Positions 19,094-29,072 are shown, numbered from the stretch's first letter. The stretch is DNA of 64,000 bases from Pseudomonas aeruginosa PAO1 (GCF_000006765.1 NC_002516.2), one strand, 5' to 3'. Made by a program: numbers and translations. The notes: generated by a model not told the origin, from the sequence alone.

Positions 19094-20188
19094 ATGGCTT
19101 CCGCGCAACCTGCCTCCGCGTTTCCCTGCCTGTCGTTGCAACTGGCCTGCCTGTTGCTGGGCGCCTGGCTGGCCTTCGATGCCCACGGCGGCGGCCAGGC
19201 CGTGGCGCCGCCGGCCCGTGTCGAAGCGCGTGTGCCGACGGCCGCTACCGATGACTGGGGACGCCAGCCGGACAGCCTGATGAGCGCCGTGCCGCCGCGC
19301 ACGCTGGAGGCGAGCGTCGGCGCCCGCGGCTCGGGATCGGCGAGTTCGCGACTGTGGATCGCCGATACCGACTTCCGCCTGCACGACGACATCGGTTTCT
19401 TCATCCAGCGCATGCTGATCCGCATGGAGCCGACTCGTCCCGGCGCGCCCTTGTCGCTCGACGATCCGACGGCGATGGTGGCGCGGATCCAGGCCGGCGA
19501 GATATTCGTCAGCGACGCCACCCTGGCGACCCTGCTCAACCAGGACCTCGCTGCGTCCCGCGCGGCCGTGCGCAACCTCAGTATGAACACCCGCAAGGAC
19601 GGCCAGGAAGTGCGTGGCGAGTTGTTGCGCAAGGGGCGCTGGCGGCCGCTGCGGATGCTCACCGAGATCGAGCTGAGCGGTCCGCTGGAGGTGACCCTGG
19701 TACCCCGGCGGATTTTCGTCGACGGGGTCGAGGTCACTTCGTCGCTGGCGGCGGCCTCGATCGAGATGTCCGAGGTGCTGAAGCTGAAGACCCGGCACAT
19801 GGAATTGGTCGGCAACCGCATCCGCGTCGACCTCGACGGATTGTTCCCGCCGCCGCGCCTGGACTTCCGCGTCAGTCGCCTGGCCCTGGCCGACGGCGGC
19901 ATGCAACTCGCCCTCGGCGACTCCCTGGCCGACCTGCAATGGCCGGCATTACGGGCGCCGGACAGCTACATGTTCATCGAGGGCGGCGATATCAAGATGG
20001 CGCGCACCGTGCTGGTCAAGGCCTATGCCCTGTTCACCAGCCTCAGCCCGGGGCAGCCGCTGCTGTTCAATCTCTACGACTACCGGCGGCAACTGCAGAA
20101 CGGCGTGATCCGCCTGCGCGAGGACGGCATGGTGCAGATCGCCGTGTCGCCGGTGAAGGCGCCGGCGCCGCTGGAGGCACGGCTGTGA
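19094..20188 (+). CDS. Exported hypothetical protein, paralogue A (possible LmeA/DUF2993-like lipid-binding fold)
   Basis: Hydrophobic N-terminal signal/anchor and beta-rich body that aligns by eye with the next gene. GTG 19091 is an alternative start. Confidence 0.75.
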   Translation: MASAQPASAFPCLSLQLACLLLGAWLAFDAHGGGQAVAPPARVEARVPTAATDDWGRQPDSLMSAVPPRTLEASVGARGSGSASSRLWIADTDFRLHDDIGFFIQRMLIRMEPTRPGAPLSLDDPTAMVARIQAGEIFVSDATLATLLNQDLAASRAAVRNLSMNTRKDGQEVRGELLRKGRWRPLRMLTEIELSGPLEVTLVPRRIFVDGVEVTSSLAAASIEMSEVLKLKTRHMELVGNRIRVDLDGLFPPPRLDFRVSRLALADGGMQLALGDSLADLQWPALRAPDSYMFIEGGDIKMARTVLVKAYALFTSLSPGQPLLFNLYDYRRQLQNGVIRLREDGMVQIAVSPVKAPAPLEARL

Positions 20189-21225
20189 GCCGGCGTCCGT
20201 GGGGCGTACTGCTTGGCTGTTGCCTGTTGGCGGCCAGCGCGGCCCAGGCCGAAAGCGCCATCGACCGGCAGCAGCGCGAACTGGCCCTGCTGCGCGAGGG
20301 CTGGTACCGGCAGGTCCCGCCGGCGCCGGTGCCGCTGCCCATGCGTACGGCCGGGCCGGCGGATTCCGGCCAGGATGGCGTCGGCATACTGCTGCGCAAC
20401 GTGGACATGTACCTGCGCGGCAACATCGGTTTCCACGTGCCCGAGGTGAAGGGCTGGCTGGTGCCGAACCGGGCCGGCCAGCCGGTGGACTTCGACCGTC
20501 CGCAGGACATGCATTTCCAGGTGATGGAGGGCGAGGTGCTGCTCAGCCCGCGGCAACTGGCCAACCTGTTCAACGAGCACATCCTCGCCTACGACGGGAC
20601 CATGTTGAAGGACTTCCGCATGAGCAGTGCGGCGGGACGCCTGGAGGTGGAGGGGCGGGTGCGTCCGCTCGGCGTAGGGCCCTGGCTGCCGTTGCGGCTG
20701 GGCGGCGGCGTGGAGGTGGACGCGGCCAGCGGCGCGCTGGTCTATCGGCCCGACCAGTTGAGGGTGATCGGTCTGCCGCTGTACGGGGCGATGAGCCTGG
20801 TCGGCCTGCCGATGTCGGCGCTGGTCAGCCTCGATCGGCCGGGGGCGAGCCTGGTGGGCAGCGCCATGCGCCTGGACTACCGCAAGGTCTTCCCGCTGCT
20901 GGGCATCGACGGCCACGTACAGGAGGCCTGGCTCGACGACCAGGGGCTGCACCTGCGTTTCTCCCAGGCGCCCGGCCAGCCGTCGCCGGTGTTCAGCCCG
21001 CCGGCCGCGGCGGGCCCATCCTTCCTCTGGCTACAGTCGGGCGACCTGAAGATCTTCGAAATCCTCATCACCTACGCCCAGGTGCTGCTGAAGACCGAGA
21101 CCCCGGACCAGGTGCTGACCTTCAACCTGCAGGACTACCGCAAGGTGCTGGCGACCGGCACCACCCAGGTCAACGAGGATGGCACCTTCTTCATGCAGGT
21201 GCCGCCGTATGCCAATCCCTTGTAG
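20185..21225 (+). CDS. Exported hypothetical protein, paralogue B (346 aa)
   Basis: GTGA overlap with the previous stop; signal peptide MSRRPWGVLLGCCLLAASAAQA. Appears only as the tail of ORF 19354..21225. Confidence 0.8.
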   Translation: MSRRPWGVLLGCCLLAASAAQAESAIDRQQRELALLREGWYRQVPPAPVPLPMRTAGPADSGQDGVGILLRNVDMYLRGNIGFHVPEVKGWLVPNRAGQPVDFDRPQDMHFQVMEGEVLLSPRQLANLFNEHILAYDGTMLKDFRMSSAAGRLEVEGRVRPLGVGPWLPLRLGGGVEVDAASGALVYRPDQLRVIGLPLYGAMSLVGLPMSALVSLDRPGASLVGSAMRLDYRKVFPLLGIDGHVQEAWLDDQGLHLRFSQAPGQPSPVFSPPAAAGPSFLWLQSGDLKIFEILITYAQVLLKTETPDQVLTFNLQDYRKVLATGTTQVNEDGTFFMQVPPYANPL

Positions 21226-21307
21226 GCCGGCCCGCACAGTTGGCCTGGAGTCCGCCGGCGCGAGTGTTTATCCTCGCGCCTTTGTCCTTCCACGATGAGG
21301 TAACCCC

Positions 21308-21814
21308 ATGGCACGACCGCTGGCGATGATCGCCGCCCTTGGCGAGAACCGCGCGATCGGCATCGACAACCGCCTGCCCTGGCGCCTGCCGGCCGACCTC
21401 AAGCATTTCAAGGCGATGACCCTCGGCAAGCCGGTGATCATGGGGCGCAAGACCTGGGACTCGCTGGGTCGGCCGCTGCCGGGCCGGCTAAACCTGGTGG
21501 TCAGCCGCCAGGCCGGCCTGGCACTGGAGGGTGCGGAAGTGTTCGCCAGCCTGGACGCCGCGCTGGCGCGCGCCGAGGCGTGGGCGCAGGCGGAGGACGC
21601 CGACGAACTGATGCTGATCGGCGGCGCCCAGCTCTATGCCGAGGCCTTGCCGCGCGCCGCGCGTCTCTACCTGACCCGGGTTGGCCTGGCGCCGGAGGGC
21701 GACGCCTTTTTCCCCGAGATCGATGGTGCGGCCTGGCGCCTGGCGTCGAGCATCGAACACGCCGCGGCTGACGATGCGCCTGCCTACGCCTTCGAGGTAT
21801 GGGAGCGCCGCTGA
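21308..21814 (+). CDS. folA: Dihydrofolate reductase
   Basis: IAALGENRAIG, LPWRLPADLKHFK, IMGRKTW, IGGAQLY. Confidence 0.97.
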   Translation: MARPLAMIAALGENRAIGIDNRLPWRLPADLKHFKAMTLGKPVIMGRKTWDSLGRPLPGRLNLVVSRQAGLALEGAEVFASLDAALARAEAWAQAEDADELMLIGGAQLYAEALPRAARLYLTRVGLAPEGDAFFPEIDGAAWRLASSIEHAAADDAPAYAFEVWERR

Positions 21815-21829
21815 CGGTTCCAGGCGGGG

Positions 21830-22303
21830 TCAGAGGGTGATCAGCTCCGCCTCGATCTTCTTCCCCGCCACTTCCAGCACGCCGATCCCGATCGGCAAGC
21901 TGAAGCGCCGCGGCCCGGCGCTGCCCGGGTTGAGGTAGAGCACGCCGTCGCGCTCTTCCTTCAGTGGCTTGTGCGAATGTCCGGCGACCACCACGTCGAT
22001 GCCTTCGGCGGCCGGGTCGAGGTCGAGTCGCTTGAGGTCGTGCAGCACATAGAGGGTCAGCCGGCCGATCTTCAGCAGCAGGCGCTCGGGGATGTCCGCC
22101 GCCCAGTCCTGGGTGTCGTTGTTGCCGCGCACCACCGAGAGCGGCGCCAGGCGTTCCAGCTCGGCGAGGATTTCCGGCTTGCCGATGTCGCCGGCATGGA
22201 TCAACTGGTCGCAGCCGCGCAACCGTTCCAGCGCCTCGGGCCGGAGCAGGCCATGGGTGTCGGCGATCAGGCCGATGCGCAACGGGCGGCGGGACTGGGG
22301 CAT
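21830..22303 (-). CDS. Metallophosphoesterase (YfcE/MJ0936-like)
   Basis: DTHG, HAGD, VRGNND, GHSH and NPGS motifs; start taken at ATG 22303. Confidence 0.88.
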   Translation of the reverse strand: MPQSRRPLRIGLIADTHGLLRPEALERLRGCDQLIHAGDIGKPEILAELERLAPLSVVRGNNDTQDWAADIPERLLLKIGRLTLYVLHDLKRLDLDPAAEGIDVVVAGHSHKPLKEERDGVLYLNPGSAGPRRFSLPIGIGVLEVAGKKIEAELITL

Positions 22304-22441
22304 GGGCGCGGGTCCGGGTTGCGGGACGGAAGAGGGTGGCCGACGGGCATGGCCATGCCGTCGATCATACCCAACCATTGGCCGGGTACGAAAACCCTTC
22401 GGCGAAAACCGCGACGCCACCCGGAGGTGGCGCCGCCCCTA

Positions 22442-23827
22442 TCAGTGTCCGGCCTTCTGGACCGGGCTTTCCGGCAGGAACCAGTTCAGCAGCAGGGCGC
22501 AGATGCCGCCGGTGGCGACCCCGGATTCCAGCACGTTGCGCAGCGCCGCGGGCATGTGCGCGAGGAACTCCGGCACCTGCGAAACGCCCAGGCCGAGGGC
22601 CAGGGATACGGCGATGATCAGCAGGGCACGGCGGTCCAGCTGGATGCCGGCGAGGATGTTGATGCCCGAAGCGGCCACCGCGCCGAACATCACCATCGCC
22701 GCGCCGCCCAGTACCGGTTCCGGCACCGCCTGGATGACCCCGGCGACGCTCGGGAACAGGCCGAGCAGGACCAGCATGGCGGCGATCCACAGGCCGACGT
22801 AGCGGCTGGCCACGCCGGTGAGCTGGATCACCCCGTTGTTCTGGGCGAACACTGAACTGGGGAAGGTATTGAAGATACCGGCGAGGAACGAGTTGGCGCC
22901 GTTGACCAGCACGCCGCCCTTGATCCGCTGCATCCACAGCGGGCCTTCCACCGGTTGCTTCGACACCTTGCTGGTGGCGGTGACGTCGCCGATGGCTTCC
23001 AGGGAGGTGACCAGGTAGATCACCAGCATCGGGATGAACAGCGGCCAGGAGAAGTCCAGGCCGAAGTGCAGCGGGGTCGGTACCTGGAACAGCTCGGCCT
23101 GGTGCATGCCGGTGAAGTCCAGGCGACCGAGGTAGCCGGCCAGCGCGTAGCCGACGGCCAGGGCGATGACGATGGCGCAACTGCGCATCCATACCACCGG
23201 GATGCGGTTGAGCACCACGATGATGCCCAGCACCACGCCGGACAGCAGCAGGTTCTCGCCGTTGGCGAAGGTGCCGTTGGACATCGCCGAGAAGCCGCCG
23301 CCCATGCTGATCAGGCCGACCTTGATCAGGGTCAGGCCGATCATCAGCACGACGATGCCGGTCACCAGCGGGGTGATCAGCCGCTTGACGAACGGCAGTA
23401 TGCGCGAGATGCCCATCTCGACGAAGGAGCCGGCGATGACCACGCCGAAGATCGCCGCCATCACGCTTTCCACCGGCGTGCCCTGCTTGACCATCAGCGC
23501 CCCGCCGGCGATCAGCGGGCCGACGAAGTTGAAGCTGGTGCCCTGGACGATCAACAGTCCGGCGCCGAACGGGCCGAAGCGCTTGCACTGGACGAAGGTG
23601 GCGATGCCGGAGATCACCAGCGACATCGACACGATCAGATTGGTGTCGCGCGGCGATACGCCCAGCGCCTGGCAGATCAGCAGGCCAGGGGTAACGATCG
23701 GCACGATGATCGCCAGCAGGTGCTGGAGGGCGGCGAGCAGGGCGATGGGAGCGCTGGGACGGTCGTCCAGGCCATAGACCAGGTCGTTGCGGGCGCTGGC
23801 GTCCGACGGGCTTTGCAGGGAACTCAT
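22442..23827 (-). CDS. Nucleobase:cation symporter-2 (xanthine/uracil permease)
   Basis: ALQH motif in TM1, NAT signature QNNGVIQLTG, many TM segments. Confidence 0.92.
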   Translation of the reverse strand: MSSLQSPSDASARNDLVYGLDDRPSAPIALLAALQHLLAIIVPIVTPGLLICQALGVSPRDTNLIVSMSLVISGIATFVQCKRFGPFGAGLLIVQGTSFNFVGPLIAGGALMVKQGTPVESVMAAIFGVVIAGSFVEMGISRILPFVKRLITPLVTGIVVLMIGLTLIKVGLISMGGGFSAMSNGTFANGENLLLSGVVLGIIVVLNRIPVVWMRSCAIVIALAVGYALAGYLGRLDFTGMHQAELFQVPTPLHFGLDFSWPLFIPMLVIYLVTSLEAIGDVTATSKVSKQPVEGPLWMQRIKGGVLVNGANSFLAGIFNTFPSSVFAQNNGVIQLTGVASRYVGLWIAAMLVLLGLFPSVAGVIQAVPEPVLGGAAMVMFGAVAASGINILAGIQLDRRALLIIAVSLALGLGVSQVPEFLAHMPAALRNVLESGVATGGICALLLNWFLPESPVQKAGH

Positions 23828-23904
23828 GGTGGCGGTCCGGGGAAAAAGAGCGCGATTTTACTGGGCGAACACGGTCTCGCCCAGGCCTGGCTGCGCCGCA
23901 TGTC

Positions 23905-23988
23905 GGCGGATAACGCCGGTGGCGTATGCGCCCTGCGGTTGGAGCGTGGGTGAGCGGTAGGGCGAATGACCGCTTGCGATTATCCGCC
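23905..23988. repeat. Inverted doublet of GTAG-type REP elements (BIME-like)
   Basis: Minus-strand copy 23905-23936 reads GCAG-GGCGCATACGCC-acc-GGCGTTATCCGCC; plus-strand copy 23957-23988 reads GTAG-GGCGAATGAC...GATTATCCGCC. Confidence 0.65.
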
Positions 23989-24012
23989 ATTCGGCGCGCG
24001 TACGCGTGAATG

Positions 24013-24042
24013 AAAAAGCCCGGCGCGGGACCGGGCTTTTTT
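24013..24042. terminator. Intrinsic terminator downstream of ilvD (symmetric A/T tails)
   Basis: AAAAAGCCCGG-N7-CCGGGCTTTTTT. Confidence 0.9.
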
Positions 24043-24056
24043 CGTCGCTGGACGAT

Positions 24057-25895
24057 TCAGCCGTCCAGCAGCGCCTTGTTGCGTACCGCGCCCTTGTCGG
24101 CGCTGGTGGCGAGCAGGGCGTAGGCCTTGAGCGCGGTGCTGACGCGGCGGGCACGCGGCGCGGCCGGCTTCCAGCCCTTCTTGTCCTGTTCGGCGCGGCG
24201 TGCGGCGAGTTCTTCGTCGCTGACCAGCAGGTTGATCGAGCGATTGGGAATGTCGATCAGCACCTTGTCGCCGTCCTGCACCAGGCCGATGGCGCCGCCG
24301 GCGGCGGCTTCCGGGGAGGCGTGGCCGATGGACAGGCCCGAGGTGCCGCCGGAGAAGCGTCCGTCGGTGAGCAGGGCGCACTGCTTGCCCAGGCCCTTGG
24401 ACTTCAGGTAGCTGGTCGGATAGAGCATTTCCTGCATGCCCGGCCCGCCCTTCGGTCCTTCGTAGCGGATGATCACGATGTCGCCGGCCTTCACCTCGTC
24501 GCCGAGGATGCCTTTCACCGCGGCGTCCTGGCTTTCGAAGATCTTCGCGCTGCCTTCGAACACGTGGATCGACTCGTCGACCCCGGCGGTCTTCACCACG
24601 CAGCCGTCGAGAGCGATGTTGCCGTAGAGCACGGCCAGCCCGCCTTCCTTGGAATAGGCATGCTCGACGCTGCGGATGCAGCCCTCGGCGCGGTCGTCGT
24701 CCAGGCTCGGCCAGCGGGTGTTCTGGCTGAACGCGGTCTGGGTCGGGATGCCCGCCGGACCGGCCTTGAAGAAGGTGTGCACGGCTTCGTCGCGGGTCTG
24801 GGTGATGTCCCACTGGGCGATGGCGTCGGCCATGCTCGGGCTGTGCACGGTGGGGACGTCGGTGTGCAGCAGGCCACCGCGGGCCAGTTCGCCGAGGATG
24901 GAGAAGATGCCGCCGGCGCGATGCACGTCTTCCATGTGGTACTTCTGGATGTTCGGCGCCACCTTGCACAGTTGCGGCACCTTGCGCGACAGGCGGTCGA
25001 TGTCGCGCAGGTCGAACGGCACCTCGGCCTCCTGGGCGGCGGCCAGCAGGTGCAGGATGGTATTGGTCGAGCCGCCCATGGCGATGTCCAGGGTCATGGC
25101 GTTCTCGAAGGCCTTGAAGTTGGCGATGTTGCGCGGCAGCACGCTGTCGTCGCCTTCGCCGTAATAGCGCTGGCAGAGTTCCACGGCCAGGCGCCCGGCG
25201 CGTAGGAACAGTTGCTCGCGGTCGGCGTGGGTGGCCAGGGTCGAGCCGTTGCCCGGCAGCGACAGGCCGAGCGCCTCGGTCAGGCAGTTCATCGAGTTGG
25301 CGGTGAACATGCCGGAGCAGGAGCCGCAGGTCGGGCAGGCGCTGCGCTCGTACTCGGCGACCTTCTCGTCGGAGCAGGAGTCGTCGGCGGCCACCACCAT
25401 GGCATCGACCAGGTCCAGGCCGTGGCTGGCCAGCTTGGTCTTGCCGGCTTCCATCGGCCCGCCGGAGACGAACACTACCGGGATGTTCAGGCGCAGCGCG
25501 GCCATCAGCATGCCGGGGGTGATCTTGTCGCAGTTGGAGATGCAGACGATGGCGTCGGCGCAGTGGGCGTTGACCATGTATTCCACGGAGTCGGCGATGA
25601 TCTCCCGGCTCGGCAGCGAATAGAGCATGCCGTCGTGGCCCATGGCGATGCCGTCGTCGACGGCGATGGTGTTGAATTCCTTGGCCACGCCGCCGGCCTT
25701 CTCGATCTCGCGGGCGACCAGTTGGCCGAGGTCCTTCAGGTGCACGTGGCCGGGCACGAACTGGGTGAAGGAGTTGGCGATGGCGATGATCGGCTTCTTG
25801 AAGTCTTCGTCCTTCATCCCGGTGGCGCGCCAGAGGGCGCGGGCGCCGGCCATGTTGCGGCCGTGGGTGGAGGTTTTCGAGCGGTAATCGGGCAT
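24057..25895 (-). CDS. ilvD: Dihydroxy-acid dehydratase
   Basis: 612 aa; [59 protein letters not shown]. Confidence 0.98.
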   Translation of the reverse strand: MPDYRSKTSTHGRNMAGARALWRATGMKDEDFKKPIIAIANSFTQFVPGHVHLKDLGQLVAREIEKAGGVAKEFNTIAVDDGIAMGHDGMLYSLPSREIIADSVEYMVNAHCADAIVCISNCDKITPGMLMAALRLNIPVVFVSGGPMEAGKTKLASHGLDLVDAMVVAADDSCSDEKVAEYERSACPTCGSCSGMFTANSMNCLTEALGLSLPGNGSTLATHADREQLFLRAGRLAVELCQRYYGEGDDSVLPRNIANFKAFENAMTLDIAMGGSTNTILHLLAAAQEAEVPFDLRDIDRLSRKVPQLCKVAPNIQKYHMEDVHRAGGIFSILGELARGGLLHTDVPTVHSPSMADAIAQWDITQTRDEAVHTFFKAGPAGIPTQTAFSQNTRWPSLDDDRAEGCIRSVEHAYSKEGGLAVLYGNIALDGCVVKTAGVDESIHVFEGSAKIFESQDAAVKGILGDEVKAGDIVIIRYEGPKGGPGMQEMLYPTSYLKSKGLGKQCALLTDGRFSGGTSGLSIGHASPEAAAGGAIGLVQDGDKVLIDIPNRSINLLVSDEELAARRAEQDKKGWKPAAPRARRVSTALKAYALLATSADKGAVRNKALLDG

Positions 25896-26182
25896 GACGA
25901 TTTCCTGCGGCTAATCAGGTTCGGGTTATGACTGTATCGTGAGCGTCGAAGGAACCGGATGCAAACGGGGAATAGCCGAGTGTACGGAGTTGGCCGGGGT
26001 CTGAATGGGGTCACCATTGGCGACGGCCTGGGCTCACTGCCCGCCGGGGGATGATTGGCGAGGAATGCCCGGATTCTAAGCCCAGAGCGGGCGAATGGGG
26101 AAGGCTGGCGGTCGGCGGAGCGGCGCGTCGCGACCAGGGTTGGCCTCTTGCGCCGCCCGTCGCGCCGCGAGAGGCGGTGGCC

Positions 26183-26214
26183 GTAGGGCGGATGAACGCA
26201 GGCGCTCATCCGCC
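26183..26214 (+). repeat. GTAG-type REP element
   Basis: GTAG followed by GGCGGATGA-N10-TCATCCGCC. Confidence 0.7.
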
Positions 26215-26223
26215 GGGACGGGC

Positions 26224-27420
26224 TCAGCCGTTGGGCAGCAGCCGGCAGGTCAGGCTCTTGATGTAGCGGGTTTCCGCGATCGCCAGGTGCACCGGATGGT
26301 CGGGGCCCTGGCCGCCGCGCTCGAGCAGCTGGATGTTGCGGTCGAGATGGCGGGCGCTGCCGATCAGGATGTTCTGCAGGTCGTCCTCGGGCAGGTGCAT
26401 CGAGCAGGAGGCGCTGACCAGGATGCCGTCCTTGCTCAGCAGGCGCATGGCCTGTTCGTTGAGACGGCGGTAGGCGGCCTCGCCGTTCTTCAGGTCCTTC
26501 TTGCGCTTGATGAAGGCCGGCGGGTCGGCGATCACTACGTCGAAGCGTTCGTCGGCGGCCTTCAGCTCGCGCAGGGCCTCGAACACGTCGCCCTCGACGC
26601 AGGCGACCTTCTCCGCCACGCCGTTCAGCGCCGCGTTGCGCTCGACGCCGTCGAGGGCGAAGGCGGACGCGTCCACGCACATCACTTCGCTGGCGCCGAA
26701 GGCGGCGGCCTGGATGCCCCAGCCACCGATATAGCTGAACAGGTCGAGGACCCGCTTGCCCTGCACGTAGGGCGCCAGGCGCGCGCGGTTCATGCGGTGG
26801 TCGTAGAACCAGCCGGTCTTCTGCCCGGCCAGCACCGGCGCCTCGAACTTCACGCCGTTCTCTTCCAGGGCGACCCACTCCGGCACTTCGCCGTAGGCAT
26901 TGGCCACGTAGCGCTCCAGGCCCTCGGCGTCGCGCGCGCTGGAGTCGTTCTTCCAGAGCACGGCGGCGGGCTTGAGCACCTGCAGCAGGGCGGCGAGCAC
27001 CTCGTCCTTGCGCAGTTCCATGGCTGCGGACGCCAGTTGCACCACCAGCACGTCGCCAAAGCGATCGACCACCAGGCCGGGCAGCAGGTCGGAATCGCCG
27101 TAGACCAGCCGGTAGAACGGCTTGTCGAAAAGCCGCTCGCGCAGGCTGAGGGCGATGTTGATGCGATGAACCAGCAGCGATTTGTCGAGAACGTGCTTGG
27201 TATCACGGGAAATGAGGCGGCCGCAGATGAGATTGTTCGGGCTCAGCGCGACGATGCCCAGCGGCTTGCCGTTGGCCATTTCCAGCACCGCCTGGTCGCC
27301 GGCGGCGAAGGCATTCAGCGGCGTCGCGGCGACATCCACCTCGTTGCTGTAGACCCACAGGTGGCCGGCGCGCAGGCGGCGCTCGGCGTTGGCTTTGAGA
27401 CGCAAGCTGGGCAGGGTCAT
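26224..27420 (-). CDS. rlmI: RlmI-like class I SAM-dependent rRNA m5C methyltransferase
   Basis: PUA-like N-terminus (GHLWVYSNEV), GQKTGWFYDHR, VLDLFSYIGG, DPP, SCS. Confidence 0.8.
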   Translation of the reverse strand: MTLPSLRLKANAERRLRAGHLWVYSNEVDVAATPLNAFAAGDQAVLEMANGKPLGIVALSPNNLICGRLISRDTKHVLDKSLLVHRINIALSLRERLFDKPFYRLVYGDSDLLPGLVVDRFGDVLVVQLASAAMELRKDEVLAALLQVLKPAAVLWKNDSSARDAEGLERYVANAYGEVPEWVALEENGVKFEAPVLAGQKTGWFYDHRMNRARLAPYVQGKRVLDLFSYIGGWGIQAAAFGASEVMCVDASAFALDGVERNAALNGVAEKVACVEGDVFEALRELKAADERFDVVIADPPAFIKRKKDLKNGEAAYRRLNEQAMRLLSKDGILVSASCSMHLPEDDLQNILIGSARHLDRNIQLLERGGQGPDHPVHLAIAETRYIKSLTCRLLPNG

Positions 27421-27492
27421 GGGAAAGGCTCCGGCAAAAGAGCGCGATTATAGCGCAGCGACGGGATTCACCGCTGCGCGAACGCGGGCCGT

Positions 27493-28032
27493 TCAGCCGG
27501 CGAGGATTTCGATGAATCGACGGTTGAAGGCCGGGATGTCTTCGGGTTTGCGGCTGCTCACCAGCTTGCCGTCCACCGCTACCTCCTGGTCCACCCAGTG
27601 GCCGCCGGCGTTGTTGATGTCGTCCTTGAGCGACGGCCAACTGGTCAGGGTACGACCCTGCACCAGTCCGGCGGAGATCAGCAGCCAGGCGCCGTGGCAG
27701 ATCACCGCCACCGGCTTGCTCGCCTGTTCGGCGCGGATCGCCAGTTCCTGGGCCTTGGCCAGGCTGCGGATCTGGTCGGAATTGATCACCCCGCCGGGCA
27801 GCAGCAGGGCGTCGTAGTCGTCCAGGCTGGCGTCTTCGAAGGTGCCGTCGACGCGGAAGGCCTCGGCTGGCTGGTGATGGTTCCAGCCGCGCACCTCGCC
27901 GGCCTTGTCGGAAAGAATCCTTACCGTGGCGCCGGCGTCTTCCAGGGCTTTTTTCGGACCGGTCAGTTCGACCTGTTCGAAACCGTCGGTCACCAGGGCG
28001 GCGACGACCTTGCCGTGCAGGGATTGGGTCAT
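27493..28032 (-). CDS. pfpI: PfpI/DJ-1 family protein (type 1 glutamine amidotransferase-like)
   Basis: DGFEQVEL, LPGG, nucleophile elbow ICHG, VSSRKPED; start at ATG 28032 (179 aa). Confidence 0.93.
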   Translation of the reverse strand: MTQSLHGKVVAALVTDGFEQVELTGPKKALEDAGATVRILSDKAGEVRGWNHHQPAEAFRVDGTFEDASLDDYDALLLPGGVINSDQIRSLAKAQELAIRAEQASKPVAVICHGAWLLISAGLVQGRTLTSWPSLKDDINNAGGHWVDQEVAVDGKLVSSRKPEDIPAFNRRFIEILAG

Positions 28033-28065
28033 GGCATGTCTCCCGATATCAGAAGGGGTATTCAT

Positions 28066-28094
28066 TCCGACCCTGGCGGCTGCGGGAAAAGTTC
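28066..28094 (-). promoter_or_regulatory. Possible AlgU/sigmaE-type promoter for pfpI
   Basis: GAACTT (28094-28089) and TCGGA (28070-28066); the 18-nt spacer is longer than the usual 16-17. Confidence 0.4.
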
Positions 28095-28193
28095 CATGTC
28101 CGTTGCCTGGCGCCGCTTTTCCGGTAGAAGCCCGCCCCATGGCGGGGTTCTCCGGGTAAACTGCGCGCACCGTCAACTTTCGCCTCCGTCCTC

Positions 28194-29072
28194 ATGGTCC
28201 AAGAACTCACCGCCGAGCAGATCCGCCAGGCCCTGCAAGGCATCAGCGTGCCGCCGCAACCCCAGATCATGGTCGACCTGCAGATGGAGCAGGTCATGCC
28301 CAATCCGGACCTGAAGAACATTGCCAGGCTGATCAGCCAGGACCCGGGCCTTTCCGGGGCTCTCCTGAAACTGGTGAACTCGCCGTTCTTCGGCCTGGCC
28401 AATCGCATCACTTCGATCCAGCGCGCGGTGAACCTGCTGGGCAGTCGTTCGGTGATCAACCTGATCAACGCCCAGTCGATCAAGGGTGAGATGAGCGACG
28501 ACACCATCGTCACCCTCAACCGTTTCTGGGACACCGCCCAGGACGTGGCCATGAGCTGCCTGAGCCTGGCCAAGCGGATCGGCTACGAATCGGTGGACGA
28601 AGCCTACGCTCTCGGCCTGTTCCACAATTGCGGCATCCCGCTGATGCTCAAGCGCTTCCCGCACTACATGGCGGTGCTGGAAGAGGCCTACGCCGCCGCC
28701 AGCGACGAACGCCGGGTGGTGGACACCGAGAACCGCGTGCTGAACACCAACCATGCGGTGGTCGGCTACTACACCGCGCGCTCCTGGCGCCTGCCGGAGC
28801 ACGTCTGCGAGGCGATCGCCAACCACCACAACGCGTTGTCGATCTTCGGCGACGAATCGGCACGCGATACCCAACTGAAGAACCTGCTGGCGATCCTGAA
28901 GATGGCCGAGCACATCTGCGGTTCGCACCGGGTCCTCGGCAACCAGCCGGAAGACCACGAATGGAACAGCATCGGTGCGCTGGTGCTGGACTACGTCGGG
29001 CTCACCGACTACGACTTCGAGAACCTCAAGGGCTCGATCCTCGAGCTGGGCGTCGGCCAGGGCAGCTACTGA
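28194..29072 (+). CDS. Stand-alone HDOD-domain protein
   Basis: PPQP, ISQDPGLSGALLKLVNS, RAVNLLG, GLFHNCG, W.LP motifs. Confidence 0.9.
   Translation: MVQELTAEQIRQALQGISVPPQPQIMVDLQMEQVMPNPDLKNIARLISQDPGLSGALLKLVNSPFFGLANRITSIQRAVNLLGSRSVINLINAQSIKGEMSDDTIVTLNRFWDTAQDVAMSCLSLAKRIGYESVDEAYALGLFHNCGIPLMLKRFPHYMAVLEEAYAAASDERRVVDTENRVLNTNHAVVGYYTARSWRLPEHVCEAIANHHNALSIFGDESARDTQLKNLLAILKMAEHICGSHRVLGNQPEDHEWNSIGALVLDYVGLTDYDFENLKGSILELGVGQGSY

Noticed and set aside
17632-19902. 756-aa ORF spanning glpQ and the next gene, and other N-terminally extended track ORFs (thyA, coaD, rpoH, thiG, mtgA, pfpI, rdgB)
   Set aside because: The first is an off-frame shadow. The extensions run through intergenic or neighbouring DNA, and the shorter starts have an RBS and family-typical N-termini.
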